In this document: in pieces, positions 1 through 10,491 of the stretch | Layout of the letters: every line of letters starts with the position of its first letter | Numbering within the stretch: position 1 is the first letter of the stretch | NCBI GenBank assembly: GCA_009602725.1 | Contig: WELB01000018.1 | Span: 177,802 to 241,801 of the forward strand | Direction of reading: 5' to 3' | DNA from: Spirogloea muscicola | Lineage: Eukaryota | DNA length: 64,000 nt | Notes under the pieces: generated by a model | The model's input: only the letters and a program-made list of their open reading frames with translations | What the model was told of the DNA's origin: nothing | Databases searched by the model: none | Translations under genes and position numbers: made by a program

Positions 1-170
1 GCGCAGCGGCTCGGCGGGCCTCCAGCGCCGGGCGGCCATGGCCGCCAGGCTCGGGACCCGGCACCGCTAACGCGCGCCGCGGCAGGGCCCACCACATCGG
101 CCTCGCGCGGACGTCACGAGCGCCGCCGCTACCTGGGCCCCACGCCGGGCGCCGACGCGCCGCCAAGGCC

Positions 171-1096
171 ATGGCTCTCGTGTCCTTCCTCGGCACGGGC
201 GACCCTCTGTCGCTGATTTTCCCCGACGGCGACAACGACACGGACCCCTTCAACGCCGTCCTCTCGTCCTGCGGCTGCAACGTCCCTGCCAGCTACACCC
301 AGGACCAGCGCGCCGTGGCCAACACCGACCTCGATTGGGTGGAGACGCCGAACGCACACGTCTTCGTCTTGGACCTGCCAGGTGGGAGAGAGCTGTTTCG
401 AGCTGCTTGTGAAAACCTTGCTTCTAAGCTTGAGCCCGTCTTTGTACTGCAGAAGAGAGAGAGAAGGCGCGCGGGGCGCATGAATTGAAAGGGAGGCCAA
501 TTCAAGCCAATACATTGAAGGAGGTGACCGGCCAAGTGCCGTCATCCACTAACGTCCACATTACGGTTCAGATGCAGAGCTTCTCTTGAGGCTAGTTTCA
601 ACACCACGACTCCTTGTTGACGTGTCTGACTGCAGTGTTTGCCAGGAGCCCTCGAGCCTGACATGTGCTCTATGCAGCAGCCAATGTGAAGAGCATGCGG
701 AGCTGCCAGCAGTCGATGTTGTTGTCATGCATATTTCCCCGTCATATTTTCGGGTCGGGTGGTGGTCATCGGTATGCAGACCCTCTTTGTCTGTGCTGAA
801 GCTGTGCGGAAACTTGGTCTGCAGGAGTCTCGAAGGAGGACCTGCAGGTGCGAATGGAGGGCGACAACATACTTGTCATCTCAGCGAATGCCAAGCAGCC
901 CCAAGATGACAAAGATTCGACCTATAACCGTGCCGAGCGACACAAGCGCCAATTCCTGCGTCGCGTACGCCTCCCGTCCAATGTTGATGGCAAGAACATC
1001 AAAGCAGAGCTCATGAATGGTGTGCTAACCGTGACGGTGCCGAAGAAGGAGGAGCAGAAGAAAGAGGCGAAGCATATCGATGTCACTGAGAGCTGA
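171..1096 (+). CDS. Small heat-shock protein (HSP20/alpha-crystallin, cytosolic-like), 2 exons
   Basis: Exon 171-381 (..ANTDLDWVETPNAHVFVLDLP-G), GT-AG intron 382-824, exon 825-1096 (GVSKEDLQVRMEGDNILVIS..ER..FLRRVRLPSNVD..IKAELMNGVLTVTVPK..HIDV). Shows the alpha-crystallin consensus regions and the C-terminal IxI/V motif. Confidence 0.93.
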
Positions 1097-1218
1097 CATG
1101 CTAGTGAGCTTTACCTGTAGATATGGGTTGTTCACAGATCCGCTTCGGGTTCCATAGCAGGTGAAGGGTAGATTACTGGTTCCTCGATACTGTCGTCTGC
1201 AGCGACAGCCTTTTGTCA

Positions 1219-3173
1219 TCAAAGCACCGGTTTGTACTTTCCTTTTACTGAGGTGGCCTCAGAAGCCAGCAGCTCTTCTTTTGGCAAGGATGAGCCCCTG
1301 AGATGAGGTCCAGCAAGGATGCAAGAAAGTCTTTGTGCAGTGCTGAAAATGGGATCTGTGCATATCAGAGTCCAGAAGAAGGGGAGAGCAGTCCGTGCAG
1401 CAAGTAGGTAGTAGAGGCCAGGCATGTCCTTGGAAAAATGATATTGTAAGATCGAAGACTAGGATTAGTATCATTCTCACAATATCACTCCTACCAAGTC
1501 GTGCTGCTGGGACCTTCCAGCCGCTATTACACTACGTCTCCACTTGTTCATACTGCCAAGACCAAAGCATAGTCATAAGCTCGTGCAGTGTTGACTTAAG
1601 CAAGTTCACGGTTGCGACTATGTACAGGAAGTAACGGAGGGTTGTTCTGCAGGGGAACTGAGCACAGTGACTTTGACCTAGGAGCCGACTTTTCTCTGTG
1701 TCAGTTTTGTTGATGGCTTCTGCCAGTAACTTTGAGAACAAAAAGACGCTTCCAGGAGAGGGCGGTGGCTGTGAGAGGCCAGCCAGAGATGCCAACAGGT
1801 CTTGGGTATCTGTCAAGTACCCTTGCCCTGTTTTATCTGCATGGCTGGTTCTATGCTCAAGCTGATGGAAACGGATAGGAAGGCACAAAGGTTGGCTGAC
1901 ACGGCCTGAAATTCCTATGTGAGGGTTGTAGAGCATCTGCAGCTATGTAGGAGCCTGAGCTCGCCATGCGATCACCAAGTAGCTCCTCAACTACCCTGTG
2001 CACGATCATTGCTTAGGAGTTGCTCTTCATTCCTCTGTGCAATTGTCGCTTGGCTTGTATCCAAAGCCGTGCATATCAAGGGAAGGGCTCAAGGACGTCG
2101 GGAAGGAGATCCGACTGCTCATCTCTGCTTTGGGCATGAAAGGACGCAGCCAAATGCAGTTAGAGACGGGCAGAAGGGCGCATCACTTATGCTAACTAAT
2201 AGACAACTTCAGCATTGTTATACATGTAGGCTCCCTGTCAGTACATATGCACTGAAAGATCGAGTAAAAGGAATTCATGCCTCACAAAGCTTGAAACTAA
2301 CAGAATCCACAATCAGTAGAGAGTGACGTTTTTGCCTTACTACGTGATGGATGTCATCTACCTCGACGGTCGTGTCTAGTCTCTTACTATCATTGTCTTG
2401 GAAGTTGATGAACAGATAGGTCATCTTCAGAGATTGCACTATCAATATTGACCCGAGCTGCCTTAGCCGGAGCTGCTGATGGTACAAATGTCTTCCTTCT
2501 GTGCATCGGGTAGCAAGAAGTCCAGTCTTAGTCACGCAGTTATCTGGAGCTGCTTGCCAGATCCGGTGCTGCTTTGATTGCTCTGTTTGCATTGACTGGT
2601 AGCTCAGATGTTTATCCGCCTTGAGTACAAGCTAGAGGAGGCTTCGGTTCCGAAGCCCCTCGTCTGCAAGGACGATCGGACGATCAAAAGCGATAAAGGC
2701 CAATTCGAGCCTCGTCTTAGGATGGTATGGTCTGGCGCTCCAGAGGTGGTCCGTGGAGGAGCCGCTTGAAAGTGACCGGGGGGCAAGACGTGTATTGAGG
2801 AACGGAGGGCCTGAGGGCCAAGTACATAGACAAGCACATTTACAGGTGTACATCACATGCTGCTTAGCCGACCGGCTCAGTAAACACGATTCAGCAAGTA
2901 GTGGTCGCTTACCAATGTCGGATTGGTGGAGCAGAAAGAATGCGGCTACCGGAGTCGGAGGAGCTGCTGTGAGCCGGCCAGGTGCATATAGAGGGTGCTC
3001 ATGATGCGGCTGCTTAGCAGGGGTTACTGAGTGATTTGCAGCTGCTTTCTTCCTTTGTGTACTTTGTTTTCTTAGCGCTTCCTCTGGCCCCCCTTCTCGT
3101 ACTTTGTTCATTCTTTTTTGGGCTGGCTTTTCCAGCCCCTCTCCTCAATGGGCGACCCCTTCTTCCCGCTCAT
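1219..3173 (-). other. Possible multi-exon or degenerate gene of unknown function
   Basis: Several short minus-strand exon-like segments (e.g. cag|IPFSALHKDFLASLLDLISG.. near 1360; MNKVREGGPEEALRKQ.. at 3111). No recognisable domain, and no stop-free splice path could be assembled. Confidence 0.2.
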
Positions 3174-3322
3174 GATGTAAGAGGCAGATTCTAACAGTAG
3201 AAGGCGATGGCTGTGATTGGCAGCCCAGAAAAGAAATAATATATTGTTCTTCACTGTTGTTAGCGGAGCCACAGGCTAGGCAGGGGGAGCAGCGTGGATC
3301 CAGTCCCCCAAGAATCACGCCT

Positions 3323-3332
3323 GCCACGTGGC
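3323..3332. promoter_or_regulatory. Perfect palindromic G-box GCCACGTGGC in a GC-rich island
   Basis: Exact sequence match. A second ACGT core (gtcacgtc) lies ~30 bp downstream, at the edge of a (GCC)n island. Confidence 0.4.
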
Positions 3333-3404
3333 GCCGCAGGAGGGCGCGGCGCGTCACGTCGCACCGCCGCCGGCCGTCGCCGCCGCCGCCGCTGCCGCCG
3401 TCGC

Positions 3405-3644
<240 letters not shown>

Positions 3645-6169
3645 GCGCCGCGCCTCTCGCGGCGCCTCGCCCGCCGCAGCCCCGCGCGACGGCGCCGGCT
3701 CGCTGCAGCTGCAGGCCTCCGGTCGCGGGGCTCATCTGCAGTGCGCTCGGCTTCGGAGACGGATCCTGCCGGAAAGCCGCGGAGCTCGCCGCCAGCCGCT
3801 CTCGCACCTCCTTCAGCCTGCGCTCCCAGCCGCGCCGGTGCAGGATCTCGAAGAAGTACTGTCACCAGCACTCTCGATGACGATGCAGAGCGCACTCCTG
3901 CCGTCGTCGGTGGCGCACGCGGCTGTGGCAGGCTGGTGCGCGTGCGCGCCTCTGGCTGGCCACACGCCCTCCTCTCCAAGTGCCGCGACGAGCCCTGGAG
4001 TTGCGCTGCACCAGCCTGGACGACCGAGGTCGGCACGCTTAGCTTGCGGTTATGCTCCTCTCTTGCCAGCCTTGCTCGGGCATGCCGAGCCAGCATCGTC
4101 ATTGAAGGAGTAGCAGTCTTCAGGCCTGACGGCTCAGATGTCGCTTGGCAGGCAGCACCAGCTTCATGTGACGGCAGGCAACATGGCCGCCGCCACCAGA
4201 TTCAAGCTGGAGCGGCTGCAGCGTCCCTTCACGAGGCTGCAGGGCCTTTGCGCCCTGCCCGCTCAAGCGATGAGGACCTCCATGGGCCGTCTGGTGAAGG
4301 GCGTCAACTTCAGCGTCAGAGGCTGCGTGCACGCGATCAACATGGCAGGACGCTCAGTCGCCCTGGCAGCCACGTCTGCTGCTAGTACGCTCAGCCAGCC
4401 GCAGCACCGACAGGCTCAGTGCCTGCCGGCGCTGCGGCGGTCATCTACGCAGCCTTCCGAGTGTCCCACAGGCATGACAGCCGCAGATCAAAAAGTATGT
4501 CTGCGATGCAGCTGGCACAAGAGCAGGTCGCCTGCTGCTTTGAGGTAAGACCAACGTGGCTGTCTTCACCGTGAGTTGGCAGACGGCTCACGTACTCGTG
4601 GGAGCTGTCAGGTGCATGCTGGCATCGAGGACTAGTCATCTGTTGGAGTGAATTCCATGCCTTCCTTGGTCTGCATCACTACTAGCAGCCCTGCAGCTCT
4701 ACTTGGTGCTCACCATTGCGCTTTCTATCAGTCAGCATGGGTACCCGACCCCAGTCCTGAATGCGTCTAGAGACTATGGGATCAACTACCGACGGGTCTT
4801 GCCTCGGTGGAAACGAGTCGTGAGATAGCTTCATGCTGACCGAGATAAGCTTGCTGGCAGCCTTGCCACCACCTTTTAACAGTGACGTCAAGCTTGGGTG
4901 TTCAATATGATGAAGGTCAAATGCCACTGGGACGAAGTTGCAAGATGATGAAGACAAGTTCCTCCTTGTGAGCCGGAGAACTCAGAAGAGAGCTCAGATC
5001 AAATCCAGACCCGATCTTGTCAGCGGCTGCGAGATACAAGTTTCAGACAGCATGGCAGAGCCTGTCAGCGCTAGACTGGAAGAACGCAGGCAGGATACAT
5101 CTAGTGTCCGTAAATTAGCTGAGACCCCTTTGCTAACACCATTCCAGGCAGACTGTCATCTTGCTTGGAGTGAGGGACAAAGTCAGCCAGATTACAAGAT
5201 GCATTGGAAAAGTTGCTCTTCAAAGACTTCGCATGAGGTGGGACTGTCCCTCCTGGCCAGAGCGTTGTCAATGGTGGCACTTTACCACACATTTCTGGAG
5301 CCAAGCCTTCCATGCGAGGTTCTGGGCCTTTTCCTGACGGGTAAGCTTTCAAATTGGCAATAGCAAATCCTCCTCAATTCCTCGTATATGTATAAGGCAT
5401 TAACACAACCCTGACAATACCAGCGTACTTATGACGTCTAGTGTGAAACATTAATCTTCTGATGCAGTCAATAACAGGGTGCATGTTCGTGTATGAATAC
5501 TCCCAAGATTCATGTGGCTTTAAGCATACAGCCCTATGTACCTGAACTCACTTTGCCATTATCATCTCGCAGAGTACATTCTAAAGAGTGTGACACAGGA
5601 GCAGTGCATCAGAGAGACAAAGATTGCAATCCAACAGCTAACGACTCCTGCTCATGAAGAGGTGGCATGCCAGAGCAGCTTTGACTTTGGGCCTGTTCAG
5701 GTATGCATACTATTTGACCTTGATTCCTATCAAGCAGATCCACCGGGATAAAGATCTTGGCAATATAGCCCACCTGCAAACAGGCTAACATCCATCAGGA
5801 CTGGTCGCAGCTTTTCCGCATCATGTTTAGACCTGCACTTTGGCACAAACTATATGCTAGCTATAGTGATATCAATTGGTACTCGAGCGAGCCGTGCTAC
5901 GTTGGCAGCTCTGACCCATGTGACACATGCTGCAGTCACCAGGAGGTACTCTACAAACATTTGGATTCACTTCACGGCAGCCTATCCAAACGCTCGACAT
6001 GTTTTGGCCTGACCTCCAGCCATTAAACTCCTCGAAGCTTGTGACAAGTTGCCGGCATGGACTGGCTGCTGGGCTGCTCACATTGGCTGTCCTCTTCCTT
6101 GCCCAGAACCAGCTCGATGAGTCAATGGCCTTACTGTCGGCGGCAATGCTTGTTTATTGGGCAGCCTGA
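3645..6169 (+). CDS. Hypothetical multi-exon protein; Arg/Ala/Ser-rich transit-peptide-like start, hydrophobic C-terminus; 5' end in gap
   Basis: Exon-like segments APRLSRRLARRSPARRRRLAAAAGLRSR.., EYILKSVTQEQCIRETK..FDFGPVQ|gt, cag|ANIHQDWSQLFRIMFRPALWHKLYASYSDIN|gt, and a last exon ending GLAAGLLTLAVLFLAQNQLDESMALLSAAMLVYWAA*. Family not recognised; middle exons uncertain. Confidence 0.35.
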
Positions 6170-6958
6170 CCGGCCCATTAGGCCAATCTACCAACTGGTG
6201 CTATCCTGGAATTGCTTTTCCATTCACGACACCTTGTGCCCGCTCCATAGCCTTATGGTAGCATGTAGCTCAACTGGTAGCACTTATCTCAAGTCTTGAA
6301 AAGCACATGTAAGTAGCTTCAAACAGGTAACATTTACCACATCTATATAACATGACAATACTATCATAATAGTTGTCTTACCTGGTGCACTGTGGCACCA
6401 CATGCTTACACATTGCGTATGAACGTGGCAGCTGGTTTTTCGGACGTCTATATATGCAGCGCCTAAGACCTTGTCTACTCTTTCCTAGACCTTGCTGACT
6501 GCTGGCAGCGCTGCAGGTCGCGCACACAAGAGCTGCAGACAAATCAGTGTACGATGCACGTACGCCAGGTGTGAGTGCTATGTCAAAGTGTGGGTGTGGT
6601 GCTGGCATAGGTTGACCACTTCGACCAGTTGCATTGCATCCGTCAGGATCGTGCTGCTCGGCGACGTGAAGACGGGAGGGAGTAGCACAGCTGCACACAG
6701 CTGGCAGGATGGGGACCGGGTGCTGGCGAGGCGGAAGGGCCGGCCGAGTAGACGGCGCACCGTCAGCCGGCTTGGCGCTGTTTGCGTTGCCACCTATATC
6801 AACGGCCATCTCCCCGCCGCTCCAGCCTGCAGCTGGCCAGGCAGCCCGCCGCCGCCGCCAGCGCCGCCGCCAGCGCCGCCGCCGCCGCCGCCGCCGTCGG
6901 CGCCGCCGCCAAAGCTTGGTCGCAGGCCCGACTGGTCCCCTCCCTCCTCGCCTGCGAN

Positions 6959-9472
6959 TGGCCCAAGCGGCCGCGTGCGGCGCGCAGAGCTTCGGCAGGC
7001 GGCGCAGGCGCGCGGAGTGGCAGGCGCGCCGCGGGCGCTCGCGTCGCGCCTTCCTCCGGCTCCGAAGCACAGCTGGCGGCGGCGGGAGCCGGGGAGCTGA
7101 CCAGCTTCGCCTACCACGATCTCCAGGTATCGCGCCCCATTGATATGACTACATATGTTGATTCGATCCTCGCTAGCTTGGTCGCGCTGGCAGTCCATCG
7201 ATCGTATGCTTACTCGGCGCCATGGCTGGCGGCGCGATCCCTGGAGCTTGGCATTACCTGCGCTTCGCTTGAATCCGGCCAGCTAGTCCGGCCAGCTGTC
7301 AGCTGAGCCTATTCGCCGCCTGCTGCAGACCTCCATGGATACCATTCACCGCTGCATGGATGCCTGGCTACATAGACACCATCTAGGAGGCTTTGAGTAC
7401 TGCATGCAGTGAGCTGGCCGGGTCTAAGCATTGGGCACTGTGCGCAGACTGGCACGGAGGGTTTCAGCAGGAGGACTCACCTCCTGGGGACCTGGATGTA
7501 CGGCCGTGTTTACAGATGCCACCTGCCCGACGGCCAGGTGGGCACACACTCAGCCAGCATGGTACTTTGGAGCAGCTCGCGATCGTCAAGCCAGGCAGAT
7601 TGCATGCCTGGGGCACCACACTGTCTACAGTACTGGCCAGCATTTAGCTTCCCAAAGCTCTCGTTGATCAGCTGGACCTGCTCCAGAGGATCATCACAAA
7701 TGTTCACTCACTGGACTTACAGAGATGAATCAACTCCCCTTCCTGCAGGGTGTTATGCTTGACGCTCATGAGTGTCTGTAAGTCAGCGAAGCACAGACGG
7801 GCTTGCTTCTGCAAGTGTCTCTGGAACCTCAGCTAAGAATCAGTCACCCTGGCACCCTGCAGGTCGTAGCTGTAACAAGACTGGAGCCAATCAACCTCTC
7901 TGCAGCTCTCTGGCCAGTCGACAAGAGCTTCTTCAGCACCATGCAACGACTGGCGAGCTTGCGTAATCCGAACATTCTCAGACTGAAGGGCTACTGTGTT
8001 CATGACCAAGAAAGGCTCCTTGTGCACGAACTCTGCATTGGAGGTAGCGAAGCGGCATGCCACCGCCACTATTGCTGTTTGGAATCTCCATTGCGCATTG
8101 AATTGTTCAGAGCTGGGCGGTGTGAACACTGAGCTAACGATACATTAGTAAGAAAGGGATTGCAGAAGTAGGCTAACTGCTGAGCTCCCTTGCGATTATT
8201 GCTTGTGAAGGCTCGCTGGAGCATTTGCTACATCCAGCAGCGGGCTTAGGCATGGAAGGCCTGCTGCTCGGCTTTAATGGTCGACTGCGTGTGGCGCTCG
8301 ATGTTGCTGAAGCCATTGATGTGCTTCACAGGGTAAACTTCCTATGCATTACAACTCCTTTTTGCGTTCCTTTCCTTGTTGATATTGCTCCCAATGCGTT
8401 GCAAGCGCTTATTGGCGACCTTAGACGGAGTTGCTTAGCTTCTAATGCATTGCAGCGAGTGTGAAAGAACTGGCCGCACGCTCCATGAAGAGAGTGACCG
8501 CACTCGCAGTCTGTACCACGATGGAGTCGATAGAGTTTGACTTTCTTCAAGCATGTCCAATGCCTGTCATTGGCAGAGCACGCCTCCCCTCGTCCATGCA
8601 GATATTAGACCTGCGAACATTTTCATCAATGAAGACAACCGAGCCAAGCTGGGTGGCTACAGTTACCAGCTTCTTCTGAAGCGTGGCATCTACCGGTCCT
8701 GGAGCCCATCCCGTTTAGGTAACTCTTGCTCACATTGACAACCACGCGAAGACGTGTGTTTTGACTCACTGATGATTAATATCAGTAGCATGTCCCACTA
8801 CATAGCTTGCAGTCTGGAATGCTAGGTGCTTGAAAGGTTAACTTCAGGTATACTCGTTGACACCTGCTTCTTTTGCTATACGGCCTTCACTCGCCTGATG
8901 GGCAGCTCCAGAGCTTCGCGGCAGCAGTCTGCAGGAGGCCAGCCCAGCAACCAATGTGTACAGCTACGGCCTATTGCTCCTTGAGCTGCTCACTGGGAGG
9001 ACGCTGGAGGACATGGGCAAGCCACCAGAGAAGATGAAGGAAGCACCAAGTGCACACTTCCCATTCTTGTCAGATCACTGCCAGCTTCTGCAGATGATTG
9101 ATGCACAGCTGCAGGTAATGTCACACGTTCACACTCCAACACACATCCTGTGTATGTCCTGGATCTTACAGGCACACCAACTCTTTGGACTCTGCTGTTT
9201 CAATTCTCCACTCTGAGACGTGCGTTGATGCTGCATTGAGCAGAAGGAGATGGCACCACATGAGTTCAGCACAGTGGCCCACCTTGCGGCCCTTAGCAAC
9301 TATAGTTGCAAGTCTACTCAAAGACTACAGAAGCAACAGAAGCTCATCTCTACCTTGTGAATCATGTGTTACTTGGCCATCACCAATCCTAAGCTTCATT
9401 TTCATGTGTTAGAGACAATCCAGAGCATCGATAGATATGTCGCATATCGTCGCTACCATGCATTCCCTGCAG
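6959..9472 (+). CDS. RLK/Pelle-family (receptor-like cytoplasmic type) pseudokinase; 3' end apparently disrupted, 5' end obscured by N at 6958
   Basis: Exons ..-7126 (LTSFAYHDLQ), 7448-7537 (TGTEGFSRRTHLLGTWMYGRVYRCHLPDGQ), 7863-8043 (VVAVTRL..LASLRNPNILRLKGYC..ERLLVHE), 8211-8332 (GSLEHLL..RLRVALDVAEAIDVLH), 8577-8718 (PPLVHADIRPANIFI..AKLGGY), 8906-9114 (APE..NVYSYGLLLLELLTGR), and subdomain XI remnants 9244-9472. Confidence 0.85.
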
Positions 9473-9887
9473 GTAAAACTATTTGCAGTGCTGATGAATC
9501 TGGCAGCTCAACCAAAGACAATGACGAGCATTAAGGGAGGTATTACCATCAATGTCACACAGGTGCTTTTGCTAAAACAGCCACCGGCCCCTCTTCAGAG
9601 CTATTGTCCAGCTTCCCAGATCCACATTTCAGGAAGGCTGAGGCCATCACATGACTATCTCTTGTTCATGGATGTGTTGGGCTTAACAAAGTTTCCAACA
9701 GCAGCAGTACTTGACCGTATTTAGGCGGGGAGAACTTCATGCCAATGGCCCACCTGAAAATGCTCGCCCTAGGCAGGCTTACTAAGTTACCCTTGATCTG
9801 CCGGTGCTGTATACATTATGGGAATGTTAGATGCCATCCTGTCTAACTGGATATACGTCTCTGTGGCTATCGAAGAAATTACAAGGA

Positions 9888-10165
9888 TCCGCACTCGTTG
9901 ATGATATAAGGAGGCCTGCTGCTGCTAGACTTAGTCTGGCGCGTGGGTTGCTCTCTACTGGATAGAAAGATCAGAAAGGCAAGGAGAGGGTAAGGTTCTC
10001 TTAGTGAAGGTTCTGTCCGCACTCGTTGGTAGTATAAGGAAAGGAGGCCTGCTGCTGCTAGACTTAGTCTGGCGTGTGGGGCTGCTCTCTACTGGATAGA
10101 AAGATCAGAAAGGCAAGGAGAATGTAAGATTCTCTTAGTAAGGTTCTCTTGTAAGAACCTTACTG
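9888..10165. repeat. Tandem duplication of a ~128-bp unit (2 imperfect copies) followed by a short hairpin
   Basis: Copy 1 starts tccgcactcgttg at 9888 and copy 2 at 10016. Shared core: ggaggcctgctgctgctagacttagtctggcg..ctctctactggatagaaagatcagaaaggcaaggaga. Followed by aggttct-cttgta-agaacct. Confidence 0.9.
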
Positions 10166-10491
10166 AGTTCGCATGCACCGATGCTTTTCATGCATAGCAC
10201 ACCCATCTAAGCATCCCACAGTCGAGCTTCGAACAGGCACTCAGAGTGACCAAGACAAGCAGGTGTTAAAAGTCATTGTTGTCCTGGGTAGGGCTGCTGC
10301 CCAGGCTGCTGTCCAGCCTCACGGTTAAGAGTAACCCATGAAAGGATAAAGGCCTACTGATAATGGGCTACACCCAACATGACTGCTCAAAGATGTCCTA
10401 TCATATGCAAAGCTCAGGAGCCCCTCGAGTGATGCTCTCAAATGCTTTTGAGCGTCCAACTTTTAACGGCAGTGGTAAGACCGCTGAAAAT

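Noticed and set aside
6709..6957. MGTGC.. as a lipidated N-terminus, or a Pro-rich extracellular domain, for the kinase
   Set aside because: Different frames from the kinase exon and separated by an N of unknown true length, so they cannot be linked.
9888..10165. Possible CRISPR-like array
   Set aside because: Only two long adjacent copies with no unique spacers, a eukaryotic context, and no cas genes.
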